This document shows, piece after piece, positions 1 through 8,695 of a stretch of 64,000 nucleotides of DNA (positions are counted from its first letter, which is position 1; each line of letters opens with the position of its first letter). Under the pieces are notes generated by a model that was not told the DNA's origin, made no database searches, and saw nothing but the letters and a program-made list of their open reading frames with translations. The stretch is from Nitrospinota bacterium (GTDB lineage Bacteria > Nitrospinota_A > UBA7883 > JACRLM01): assembly GCA_016208975.1 (NCBI GenBank), contig JACQXA010000004.1, positions 2,013,941 to 2,077,940 on the forward strand, in the 5' to 3' direction. The position numbers were made by a program, and so were the translations under genes.

Positions 1-353
1 CATATCACCTGGGCGAAATGAGGCTTGAAGAGGGTGACAACAAAGGTTTCACCAACTGGCTGATCATTTCCATCCTGCTTGGCGCGTTGTTCCTGGGTTG
101 CACCGCGTATGAGTACAACCACCTGATCGGCGAAGGTTTCGTGTTCGGCACCAACGCCAAGAGCACGGCTTTCTTCTCCATTACCGGTTTCCACGCCTCT
201 CACGTGCTGGTCGGCCTGGGCGCTTTCGTCGCCGTGCTGATACCCGCGCTGGGCGGCGCCATAAGCCACACCTTCGCCAAAGGGGCCGGGATTTACTGGC
301 ACTTCGTCGATATCGTGTGGTTCTTCGTGGTGAGCCAGATTTACCTCTGGTAA
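1..353 (+). CDS. coxC: cytochrome c oxidase subunit III, C-terminal fragment (gene begins upstream of window)
   Basis: ORF 18..353 ends with ...HFVDIVWFFVVSQIYLW, typical subunit III C-terminus; multi-TM hydrophobic; immediately upstream of sco/coxB/coxA. Confidence 0.8.
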   Translation, partial: YHLGEMRLEEGDNKGFTNWLIISILLGALFLGCTAYEYNHLIGEGFVFGTNAKSTAFFSITGFHASHVLVGLGAFVAVLIPALGGAISHTFAKGAGIYWHFVDIVWFFVVSQIYLW

Positions 354-372
354 TGTCACGGGAATAGGTGAA

Positions 373-1218
373 GTGAATACGCTTGGCTCACGCGCCGTCT
401 TTATGGCGGTGGTGATTATGACAGCGGTGGCGGCTGGCGCCTCCGCCCAGAACGGGTTTCGCCCGCCTGACTCGGAATTGGATCCCGAGGTCCTCAGGGT
501 GGACGAGAGCGTGTATCTGGGGGTGAAGCCGGCCAGGGAGACCGCCCTCGTTTTAGACGATGGCCGGGAGGTGACTCTGGGGGATTTCCGGGGCAAGCCT
601 CTTATTCTGGTCCTCTCCTATTTCACCTGCGACGGTTTCTGTCCGGCCTTCAACGCGGACCTGCAAAAGGTCCTCGAGAAGGTGGAGGCTTTGAAAAACG
701 TGAAAATCGGCGACGATTTCACGGTTCTTACGGTCTCTTTCGACAAGAACGACACGAAGGATTCGTCGGCCATGTTCCACCGCTCCATGGGTATGTCCGG
801 GAAGATCGGTGATAACTGGCGGATGGCCACCTTCAAGGACCCGGCGGACCTGGCGAAAATCACGTCGGGGCTTGGGTTCAAGTTTTTCTGGTCGCCGGCG
901 GACAGGATGTTTTTCCACCCAGGCGTTTATTACTTCATGTCGCCCGAGGGGCGGGTTGTGAGGATACTTCAGCATTCCGTAGCGGAGCCCAGAGACATGG
1001 AGCTGGCGATAATCGAGAGCAAGTTCAACAAGCTTGCCCCCTCGGAGGCCGGTAACATGGTGATGAGCATGTGCTACAGCTACAATTTCAAGGAAGGCAA
1101 GTACGGTCTGAACTACCCACTCTTCATCTCTTTCGGATCTTTGGTTACGGGAGTCACGGCGTTTTTATTCGCCGCTAATTTTCAGAGGAAAAAGGCAAAA
1201 AGAGGCAAGGAGAGCTAA
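373..1218 (+). CDS. SCO1/SenC-family copper chaperone (thioredoxin fold, CxxxC), signal peptide and C-terminal TM anchor
   Basis: GTG start; motif FTCDGFCP (CxxxC) with downstream His; N-terminal signal-like segment; placed between oxidase subunit III and II genes. Confidence 0.75.
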   Translation: MNTLGSRAVFMAVVIMTAVAAGASAQNGFRPPDSELDPEVLRVDESVYLGVKPARETALVLDDGREVTLGDFRGKPLILVLSYFTCDGFCPAFNADLQKVLEKVEALKNVKIGDDFTVLTVSFDKNDTKDSSAMFHRSMGMSGKIGDNWRMATFKDPADLAKITSGLGFKFFWSPADRMFFHPGVYYFMSPEGRVVRILQHSVAEPRDMELAIIESKFNKLAPSEAGNMVMSMCYSYNFKEGKYGLNYPLFISFGSLVTGVTAFLFAANFQRKKAKRGKES

Positions 1219-1219
1219 T

Positions 1220-2068
1220 ATGAGGAAACTGGCGTTTACAACGGCTGGCCTTCTGGCCGCGCCGTACATGGCTTCGGCGGCCGAAGAGACTGAGGCCGTC
1301 AAGGAAGCCGTCATCAACGACCCCTCGGAGGGGTGGGAGATTCTGTGGCACCACGTGCTGATAGACCTGACGGCTATCGGCATACTTTTCGCCCTGATTG
1401 TGGCGTTTTTCATGCTGTCTTACCGCAGGAAGAGCGAGAACGAAGAGGGCTCAAGCCCGAAACTGACGCTGGGCGGCTCGCTGGCCTGGACGCTGGTGCC
1501 TGTTTTCGTGTTCCTGGCTGACGACTTCTACCTGGCCGCCAACGGCTGGAAACTGTGGAACGACCAGCGCCGCGTACCCGATAACGCCATGGAGGTAAAA
1601 CTTACCGCCATGATGTACAACTGGGAGTTCCAGTACGACAACGGGACCCTTTCCGACCCGGACGCCGATGGCAGGCCCGTGCTGGTTGTGCCCCAGGGCA
1701 AACCCGTGGTGGCCCGGATGCATTCGGAAGACGTGGTTCACTCTTTCTTCCTTCCCAGCTACCATATTAAGGAAGACGTGATGCCCGGCAGGATAACCTA
1801 CCTGTGGTTCTACCCGAAAAATCTTGGCGAGACAGTGCTGACCTGCACCGAGTATTGCGGCGTGGGCCACTCCAGCATGTACGGCAAGGTGAAGGTTGTT
1901 CCGGCCGCCAAGTTCGAGGAGATGATGCTGGCCAAGACCGGCGCCGCTCCCGCCGCCGCTGAAGCCGCTCCGGCTGAAGCCGCTGGCGCTGAAGGGGCCG
2001 CTCCCGCTGAGGGCGCCGCTCCGGCTGAGGGTACTTCTGCCGCTCCCGCTCCGGGCGCCGGCAAATAA
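1220..2068 (+). CDS. coxB: cytochrome c oxidase subunit II (CuA centre), aa3-type, with Ala/Pro-rich C-terminal tail
   Basis: HSFFLPSY..., CuA ligands CTEYCGVGHSSM; no CxxCH so not caa3; AAPAAAEAAPAEAAGAEGAAPAEG tail. Confidence 0.93.
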   Translation: MRKLAFTTAGLLAAPYMASAAEETEAVKEAVINDPSEGWEILWHHVLIDLTAIGILFALIVAFFMLSYRRKSENEEGSSPKLTLGGSLAWTLVPVFVFLADDFYLAANGWKLWNDQRRVPDNAMEVKLTAMMYNWEFQYDNGTLSDPDADGRPVLVVPQGKPVVARMHSEDVVHSFFLPSYHIKEDVMPGRITYLWFYPKNLGETVLTCTEYCGVGHSSMYGKVKVVPAAKFEEMMLAKTGAAPAAAEAAPAEAAGAEGAAPAEGAAPAEGTSAAPAPGAGK

Positions 2069-2097
2069 CATATCGAGGGAATTAAAGGGAGATTGAT

Positions 2098-3681
2098 ATG
2101 AAGGAATGGCTTTTTACCACCGATCATAAAAGGATCGGGGTCCTTTATCTGGTGGGGTCGATAGCCGCCTTTGCAGTGGCGGGTATCATGGCCCTTCTGA
2201 TAAGGATCGAACTGTTCACCCTTGGGCCTACGCTCACGGATGACGCTACCAACTACAACGTGTGGCTCTATTTCCACGGCGCGGCCATGATCCTCGCCTT
2301 CCTCATACCGGGGTTGACGGGTTTCCTTGCCAACTACCTTGTTCCGATAATGATCGGCGCACACGACGTGGCTTTCCCCAGGATCAACGCCTTCTCGGTG
2401 TGGCTCTTCTGGTTCGCCATCGTGCTGGCCCTTCTTACATTCGTGATACCCGATCCGCCTGACGTTATGTGGACCGGCTATCCCCCTTACTCCGTGCAGA
2501 CCTCGGGTAACACCGCGTTCTACGTGTTCACCGTGCACCTTCTGGGCTTCTCGTCCATCCTTGGCGCCGTGAACTTCCTCTGCACCGTGATCTACATGAG
2601 GGCTCCCGGCATGGGCTGGAACCAGCTCAACTTCTTCGTGTGGACCACCGTGGGCGCTTTCGTGATCCAGCTGATCTTCATCCCGGTGCTGGCCGCGGCG
2701 GTGACCCTGGTACTCTTCGACAAGTATTTCGGCACAGCGTTCTTCTCCCCGGCAAACGGCGGCGACGTTCTGCTGTACCAGAACCTGTTCTGGTTCTACT
2801 CGCATCCGGCGGTGTACGTTATTCTGCTTCCGGCTGTCGGCACTTTGATGGACATCATCTCCACCCATGCCCGTAACCCCGTCTTCAACTATAAGACTGG
2901 TGTTTACGGCGGCATTTGGGGTACCGTGGTCCTCGGCTCCGACGTGTGGGTGCACCACCTGTACACCTCGGGCATGGTGGACTGGCTCCGCATTGGCATG
3001 ATGGTGACCACCCTGATCATCTCCGTGCCGGTGGGTCTGATGGTGATAAGCCTGGTGGGAACCCTTTACAGGGGCTCCATCAAGTACACCACCCCCATGC
3101 TGTACGCCTGCTCCTGCCTGTTCCTGATCCTCATCGGCGGCCTGACCGGCATACCGCTGGCCATGACCTCCGTTACCCTGCACCTGGCTGAGACATACTT
3201 CGTTATGGCCCACTTCCATTACATAATGGGCATCATGGCGACCTTCGCCGTGTTCGCGGGCGTGTACAACTGGTTCCCGAAATTCACGGGCCGTATGTAC
3301 AACGAGAGCCTTGGCAAGCTGGGCTTCCTGTTTAACTTCATCGGCGTGAACGTGACCTTCTGGCCGCTCTTCGGTATCGGTATCGAGGGTATGCCCAGGA
3401 GGTATTTCGACTACGCCATGATGCCCCAGTTCGAGGGTACCCATCAGATCTCCACGATTGGCGCGGTTCTCATAGCCGTCGGTATGGCCATAACCATCCT
3501 TAACTGGGTGATAGGCGCCATCGCCGGCCCGAAAGCCAGCGACAATCCCTGGGGTTCCAAGTCCATGGAGTGGACCCATACAACCACCCCCCCTGGGCCT
3601 GGCAACTTCCCCACTCCCCCGACCGTGTCGGAGGATTGGTCGCCTTATAACTACGGCGGTCACACCGCCAAGACCATATAA
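2098..3681 (+). CDS. coxA: cytochrome c oxidase subunit I
   Basis: WLFTTDHKRIGVLYL N-terminus, 12-TM heme-copper oxidase subunit I signature histidines. Confidence 0.96.
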   Translation: MKEWLFTTDHKRIGVLYLVGSIAAFAVAGIMALLIRIELFTLGPTLTDDATNYNVWLYFHGAAMILAFLIPGLTGFLANYLVPIMIGAHDVAFPRINAFSVWLFWFAIVLALLTFVIPDPPDVMWTGYPPYSVQTSGNTAFYVFTVHLLGFSSILGAVNFLCTVIYMRAPGMGWNQLNFFVWTTVGAFVIQLIFIPVLAAAVTLVLFDKYFGTAFFSPANGGDVLLYQNLFWFYSHPAVYVILLPAVGTLMDIISTHARNPVFNYKTGVYGGIWGTVVLGSDVWVHHLYTSGMVDWLRIGMMVTTLIISVPVGLMVISLVGTLYRGSIKYTTPMLYACSCLFLILIGGLTGIPLAMTSVTLHLAETYFVMAHFHYIMGIMATFAVFAGVYNWFPKFTGRMYNESLGKLGFLFNFIGVNVTFWPLFGIGIEGMPRRYFDYAMMPQFEGTHQISTIGAVLIAVGMAITILNWVIGAIAGPKASDNPWGSKSMEWTHTTTPPGPGNFPTPPTVSEDWSPYNYGGHTAKTI

Positions 3682-3698
3682 GGCGGGTCATGTTTAAC

Positions 3699-3743
3699 GC
3701 GGCGGGTCCGGGCTTTTTGCGAAGCTCCGGGCCCGCCGTTTTT
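3699..3743 (+). terminator. Rho-independent terminator after coxA
   Basis: GC-rich inverted repeat gcgggtccgggc...gctccgggcccgc followed by cgttttt. Confidence 0.55.
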
Positions 3744-3769
3744 AAATTAGCATTAGTAGTAGAGGTGCT

Positions 3770-4648
3770 GTGATGAACAAGGTATTGATCGGTCTGTCAA
3801 TTTTTTTCACTTATATATTAATGGTCATGGGGAACATTGTGACCACAACCGGCTCCGGCCTCGGATGCCCGGACTGGCCGCTGTGTTACGGGACTGTCGT
3901 TCCCCCGCTGGAGATGCAACCCTGGATCGAATGGAGCCACAGGCTTCTGGGCGGAGCTACAGGCTTCTTGATTCTGGCCTCCACAATTTTCATATGGAAA
4001 AATAGCAAGGGCGCCGAAAAATGGCTCACCGCCGGGGCGCTTGGCCTACTTGGCGTGGGCGCGGTATTTGGCGGGATAATAGTTAAACTGGAGGCTCCGT
4101 TGCTTCAGGGCGCTCTTCATGTCTTCGTTATCTCGTTCCACATCGTACTGTCCACGATTATCTTTTCCCTCATGATCCTGGCTTTCAGGAAAGTAGGGGG
4201 CCAGGCCGCTAAACCGGGTGTTTTCTATCCGTTGATGTTCGGCCTCCTGTCGGCCCAGGTGCTGTTGGGCATTGTTGTCCGCTACAGCCAGGCCTCCATG
4301 GCCTGCCCGGATTTCCCGCTTTGCAACGGCCAGATAATACCCGAGTTCACGGAGCCCGGCATCGCCTTGCACTTTGTCCACAGGATCATCGCATACACCA
4401 TATTCGCGGTTAGCGCGGGTTACGCCGCAATGGCCCTCAAGAACGGCGTGGACACCAGGAACGCCGTTATAACTTTCGCCCTGGTTTTTGCGCAGGCTTC
4501 TTTTGGCATCGGCTTGGTGCAGACCGGCATGTTCCTCCCCCTCATAGTCCTTCACGGGGCGGTGGGTTTCGGGTTGCTGGGCTGGATAGTTTATCTAACT
4601 GCGCCTTACCTTGTGGGTGGCGGCCAGCTTGAAGAGGCGCGGGCCTAA
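3770..4648 (+). CDS. ctaA: heme A synthase (COX15/CtaA)
   Basis: GSGLGCPDWPLCYG and second CPDFPLCNG motif, 8 TM. Confidence 0.9.
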   Translation: MMNKVLIGLSIFFTYILMVMGNIVTTTGSGLGCPDWPLCYGTVVPPLEMQPWIEWSHRLLGGATGFLILASTIFIWKNSKGAEKWLTAGALGLLGVGAVFGGIIVKLEAPLLQGALHVFVISFHIVLSTIIFSLMILAFRKVGGQAAKPGVFYPLMFGLLSAQVLLGIVVRYSQASMACPDFPLCNGQIIPEFTEPGIALHFVHRIIAYTIFAVSAGYAAMALKNGVDTRNAVITFALVFAQASFGIGLVQTGMFLPLIVLHGAVGFGLLGWIVYLTAPYLVGGGQLEEARA

Positions 4649-5551
4649 ATGTATCAAACCACGGCGGCTTCCGTTGAGCGTCAGGTAACCATACGGTCCG
4701 CCGTATTGGATTACCTGGTTCTCATAAAACCGGGAATAGTCGCCCTGGTTTTGGTTTCCACTCTCGGCGGGATGTATATCGCCCAAAAGGGCCTTCCCGC
4801 CACTCCTCTCGTTTTCTGGTCACTGGTTGGCATTGCGCTTTCCACGGCCGGGGCCGCGACGCTGAATAATTTTATAGACCGGGACATAGACACCATCATG
4901 CGGCGCACATCCGGCAGGCCGTTGCCGTCCGGGTCCATAACGCCGAAGATGGCCCTTGTTATCGGGCTTGTCACCAGCGCGCTGTCGGTGGTCGTGTTCG
5001 CAAAATATGTGAACATGATGGCCATGTTCCTTTCAACCGCGGCCATTTTCATCTACGCCATACCTTATACGCTGTTATCCAAACGGGTAACGCCGCTGGC
5101 CACCTTTATCGGTGGAGTGGGCGGCGCGTTGCCTCCGGTAATCGGTTACGCGGCTGTAAAGCCCGGGCTGGACGTGGTTGCGTTCACGCTGTTCCTGATT
5201 ATTTTCGCGTGGCAACACCCCCATTTCTGGGCGCTGGCGCTGAAATACCGGGATGAATACGCGTCGGCCGGGGTGCGGAACCTGCCTGTGGCCCGGGGCG
5301 TTTTAGAGACCAAAAAGCAGATACTGGTTTGGGCCTCGTTGCTGGCCATGGTGTCCACGCTTCCTTTCATCATCGGGGTGGCGGGAAAGGCTTACCTGGC
5401 GTGCGCCATGGTTTCCGGCGTGGTTTTTGTGGCGATGTCCCTATGGTTCCTAAGGTCCAGCCGCCCCGTGGCGATGTGCCTGTTCCACTACTCCATAGTG
5501 CATCTGCCCCTGTTGTTCACCGTAATGGTTGTTGATATTATAAAATCCTAG
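4649..5551 (+). CDS. ctaB: protoheme IX farnesyltransferase (heme O synthase)
   Basis: UbiA-family polyprenyltransferase motifs, start codon adjacent to ctaA stop. Confidence 0.92.
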   Translation: MYQTTAASVERQVTIRSAVLDYLVLIKPGIVALVLVSTLGGMYIAQKGLPATPLVFWSLVGIALSTAGAATLNNFIDRDIDTIMRRTSGRPLPSGSITPKMALVIGLVTSALSVVVFAKYVNMMAMFLSTAAIFIYAIPYTLLSKRVTPLATFIGGVGGALPPVIGYAAVKPGLDVVAFTLFLIIFAWQHPHFWALALKYRDEYASAGVRNLPVARGVLETKKQILVWASLLAMVSTLPFIIGVAGKAYLACAMVSGVVFVAMSLWFLRSSRPVAMCLFHYSIVHLPLLFTVMVVDIIKS

Positions 5552-5567
5552 CCTATTGAAAGAAGTC

Positions 5568-5690
5568 ATGACAGATAAGGCAAAAAAGTTCTTCGTGTCC
5601 CAGCGGACGCTGGTGATATTCATAATCATCGTTATGGTAAGCATCGCTGGCACTTTTGTGTGGCGGGTAGCCTCCCACGGTTATCGCTAG
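5568..5690 (+). CDS. 40-aa single-TM small protein downstream of ctaB (possible small oxidase subunit/assembly factor)
   Basis: ATG 8 nt after GAAAGAAG SD; MTDKAKKFFVSQRTLVIFIIIVMVSIAGTFVWRVASHGYR; below ORF-track size cut-off. Confidence 0.4.
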   Translation: MTDKAKKFFVSQRTLVIFIIIVMVSIAGTFVWRVASHGYR

Positions 5691-5746
5691 GCTCTTCCTG
5701 AAATATCCATTTGCGATAAAATAGCCGCCGGATTTTTATTTCGGCA

Positions 5747-5889
5747 GTGTCTCAGTTTGAAAGTACAGGGGAGATTCTTCACTTACGCTCAGAATGACAA
5801 TATAAAAGCCGTTGATAACATTGTCATCCTGAGCGAAGCGCAAGCGAAGTGAAGGATCTGTCTATTGTTTGGGATTCAAACTGAGACTT
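5747..5889. mobile_element. MITE-like palindromic element, copy A (TIR gtgtctcagtttgaa / ttcaaactgagac; internal imperfect palindrome)
   Basis: ~95% identical to reverse complement of 26644..26786; 13-bp terminal inverted repeats; internal inverted repeat tcttcacttacgctcagaatgacaat / attgtcatcctgagcg..aagtgaagga. Confidence 0.8.
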
Positions 5890-6612
5890 ACCGGGGAGCC
5901 TTCCGGAAACCTCGTCATGCCCAACCACGTGGTTGAGATGGGTTAAAAACCCCTGCTTCGGTTTCAGCTCTTGCAACATTTCCAACGCCTGCTCCACGGT
6001 GAAATGGGTGGGATGGCTTTTTAAGCCCAAGGCTCCAAGGATAATTGTGTCCATCCCGTAAAGCCGCTCCATGGACTCCTCCGGAATGGCGGAGCAGTCC
6101 GTAAGATATGCTGTTTTGTTGAAGATATAGCCGAATATTGGCAACTCCCCGTGCATTATCCTCACCGGCTCCACCGGCATATCCTTCACAACCACCGGGG
6201 CGTCAATGGAGTGGAGCGACAGCTTGGGTTTGCCACCGCCGGTTTCAGGAAGGCCGTCGAAGATATAGTGGAACATGGTTTGTATGTTGCGCAAAGTGCC
6301 GGAGGAGCCATAACACGGTATGCGGCCCTGGCCGATGAAATTGAAACTTCTAAGGTCATCTATGCCGTGGATATGGTCGGCGTGATGATGGGTGTAGAAG
6401 ACCGCGTCCAGGCTTTTAATACCGGCGTTAAGGGCTTGAGTTCGAAAGTCCGTGGAGGTGTCCACCAGCAAGCTGGCGGAGCCGCTTTCCACCCATATGG
6501 ATGAGCGGAGCCGTTTGTCCTTTATATTTGTGGACTGGCACACCGGGCAATCGCACCCTATAAGGGGTACGCCGGTTGATGTGCCCGTGCCAAGAAACGT
6601 AAGCTTGCCCAT
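5824..6612 (-). CDS. MBL-fold metallo-hydrolase (PhnP / RNase-Z-like); C-terminal ~20 codons read into the MITE
   Basis: GTGTSTGVPLIGCDCPVCQS, HHHADHIHG motif; ORF 3' end (5824-5889) lies inside MITE copy A. Confidence 0.85.
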   Translation of the reverse strand: MGKLTFLGTGTSTGVPLIGCDCPVCQSTNIKDKRLRSSIWVESGSASLLVDTSTDFRTQALNAGIKSLDAVFYTHHHADHIHGIDDLRSFNFIGQGRIPCYGSSGTLRNIQTMFHYIFDGLPETGGGKPKLSLHSIDAPVVVKDMPVEPVRIMHGELPIFGYIFNKTAYLTDCSAIPEESMERLYGMDTIILGALGLKSHPTHFTVEQALEMLQELKPKQGFLTHLNHVVGHDEVSGRLPGKSQFESQTIDRSFTSLALRSG

Positions 6613-6688
6613 TTGGTGAGAAAAGATACCGTCATCAAGAAGAGTACCCGTTTATTTTAGCAAAAAAACACCGGCAGGGGAGGGCGCA

Positions 6689-6763
6689 ATGGAAAAGAAG
6701 CGTAAAGCCTTGTTTGGCGTGAGCAACGTGTATTATCCTTTAACTGCGAAACGTAAAAAATAA
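6689..6763 (+). CDS. 24-aa Lys/Arg-rich small ORF with strong SD upstream of dsrC-like gene (speculative)
   Basis: GGGGAGGG 5 nt upstream of ATG; MEKKRKALFGVSNVYYPLTAKRKK. Confidence 0.2.
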   Translation: MEKKRKALFGVSNVYYPLTAKRKK

Positions 6764-6811
6764 AAAGCCAAACTACGCCCGGCCAGCCGGGCAAAACTTA
6801 TGGAGGGCGCC

Positions 6812-7159
6812 ATGGGCGGATTCCAGTTTCACGGGAAGTTTTACAGGACAGACAGCCTTGGGTACATGACGGATTTCCACGAATGGTCGGAAGATGTAGC
6901 CAGCCACATAGCCTCCATGGAGGGGGTCAAGCTGACAGAAAAGCATTGGGAAATCGTGAATTTCGCCAGGGATTATTACAAGCAGTACAAGATCGCCCCC
7001 CAGATACGCATATTAAAGAAGGCGCTCAACGAGAAGCTGGGGGTGGAGAAGAGCGACAACAAGTATCTTTACGACCTGTTCCCCAAAGGCCCCGCCGCCC
7101 AGGCTTGCAAGATAGGCGGATTGCCCGTCCCGCCCGGGTGTGTGGACATCAACAACTAA
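6812..7159 (+). CDS. DsrC/TusE-family sulfur-relay protein with both conserved cysteines and 4-aa C-terminal extension
   Basis: Aligns to TusE/DsrC: HWEIVNFARDYY..IRILKKA..YLYDLFPKGPAAQACKIGGLPVPPGCV then DINN-stop; GGAGGG SD before second ATG (6812). Confidence 0.85.
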   Translation: MGGFQFHGKFYRTDSLGYMTDFHEWSEDVASHIASMEGVKLTEKHWEIVNFARDYYKQYKIAPQIRILKKALNEKLGVEKSDNKYLYDLFPKGPAAQACKIGGLPVPPGCVDINN

Positions 7160-7161
7160 CC

Positions 7162-7863
7162 TTACCTCGGCGGCGCGTCTATAAGGGTGAAAAAGGTTTT
7201 GGATTGGGCGGTTATAGTTACCAGATGTTCAGCCTTTATCCGCGCCTGGTCGCCAGCGGTGAAGGTTTGGCCGTTTATGGTCAATTCCCCCTCAGTGATA
7301 TAAACGAACAGATGCCTGTCATTTTCCGGCCGTAATTCCACGCTCTCTCCCGCTGTAAGCCTGCCCAGGCTTATGGATGCATCAATGTTTAACGGTAATG
7401 TCCCTCCCGCGCCTCCTTCGGTAGCGAGGGGGGTGAAACAGTCATGGCCCTCCGAGCAAGGGATGTTTGCGTAACCATACCAGGGTTCCAGCCCCTTTTG
7501 CCCAGGGGTAATCCATATCTGGTAAAGATGGGTTGGAACGGAGCCCTCGTTGAATTCGGAGTGGACAATACCCGTGCCTGCGGTCATTTTTTGGACTTCG
7601 CCCGGCTTTATCACACGGCTATGACCAAGGCTGTCCTTGTGGGTAAGCTCACCCTCCAGAAGGATGGTGACAATCTCCATATCCTGATGAGGGTGCATGG
7701 GGAATCCGCCGCCGGGATTTACCACATCGTCGTTAAAAACCCGAAGCCTGCCGAACCCCATGTTGGAAGGGTCGTAATAATGGTCGAAGGAGAATATCCA
7801 GTAAGTGGAAAGCCAGCCACCATCAAAATGGTATCTCTGGGCCGCCGGGATTTTTATAATCAT
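7162..7863 (-). CDS. pirin-family cupin protein
   Basis: HPHQDMEIVTILLEGEL.H.DS.G pirin signature. Confidence 0.9.
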   Translation of the reverse strand: MIIKIPAAQRYHFDGGWLSTYWIFSFDHYYDPSNMGFGRLRVFNDDVVNPGGGFPMHPHQDMEIVTILLEGELTHKDSLGHSRVIKPGEVQKMTAGTGIVHSEFNEGSVPTHLYQIWITPGQKGLEPWYGYANIPCSEGHDCFTPLATEGGAGGTLPLNIDASISLGRLTAGESVELRPENDRHLFVYITEGELTINGQTFTAGDQARIKAEHLVTITAQSKTFFTLIDAPPR

Positions 7864-7899
7864 GGCTTAAACTCCTTGCTCGGCGGCTGGGTAGGGTGG

Positions 7900-8343
7900 T
7901 TATCCGCCGCTCTTGGCGTGAAGGATGTCCGAAATTTTATTCTTATCGCACAATACATCCGCCAGGGTGTATTTGTCCAAAGTGTCTAGGAAACCTTTCA
8001 TGGCCTGCCCGAAAACGCCGGTGAGCTTGCATGAGCGGGTGATGGGGCAGGTGTTCCTCTCCGAACTGAAACATTCAGCCACTTCCAGCCGGTCCTCCAT
8101 GTGGCGAACGATGGCGCCCACGGGGATGTCTTTCGGATCCATCCCCAGGGCCAGCCCGCCGCCCTTACCCCTCACGGTCTTGATATAACCCAACTGGGAG
8201 AGCCTGTGCACCACCTTCATCAGGTGGTTTTTGGAAATCCCGAAACTGTCGGCGATTTCTTTTATGGTCACAAGGTTGGCCCCGTTAAGGCCGAGGTATA
8301 TCAGCACCCTGAAAGAATAATCGGTATGGCGGGTCAACTGCAT
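7900..8343 (-). CDS. Rrf2-family transcriptional regulator (IscR/NsrR-like, 3 Cys)
   Basis: N-terminal wHTH (YSFRVLIYLG..), C-terminal Cys cluster CFSSERNTCPITRSC. Confidence 0.88.
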   Translation of the reverse strand: MQLTRHTDYSFRVLIYLGLNGANLVTIKEIADSFGISKNHLMKVVHRLSQLGYIKTVRGKGGGLALGMDPKDIPVGAIVRHMEDRLEVAECFSSERNTCPITRSCKLTGVFGQAMKGFLDTLDKYTLADVLCDKNKISDILHAKSGG

Positions 8344-8695
8344 GTTACTTCATCCATGGTTGGTAAAACATAACCGCGCCATTATTATTAACGGCGCAAA
8401 AGATATATCTTTAACCACTAATATAAACCTATCTTTTTTTCGAATCAAAACAAAACATCGGCTTCCCCCTTTATTTGCCGAGTTATAGTTTGTGGAACAG
8501 GTAAAAAATCCAGGCTGGATACCGGCGCTAAATGAGCGGAAACTCCAGCCGTTTGTTTTGAGTTGAATTGTTTCTAAAGTAGGATTAATTTATCGAAAGT
8601 GGGGGCTTGGCGTACATGATGGGACGAGGAGTGGCGTATTCCATGTATATCCATGGGCGATTTATCCTGTGCCTGTGTGTTTTCGGATACCCCGC

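Noticed and set aside
1810-3663. 617-aa minus-strand ORF (and many other 150-400-aa ORFs such as 17983..19179, 21407..22444, 50913..52238, 61300..62499) antisense to well-supported genes
   Set aside because: Low-complexity Gly/Arg/Pro/His-rich translations typical of stop-poor antisense frames in ~60% GC DNA. Every one overlaps a gene with a strong family signature on the other strand.
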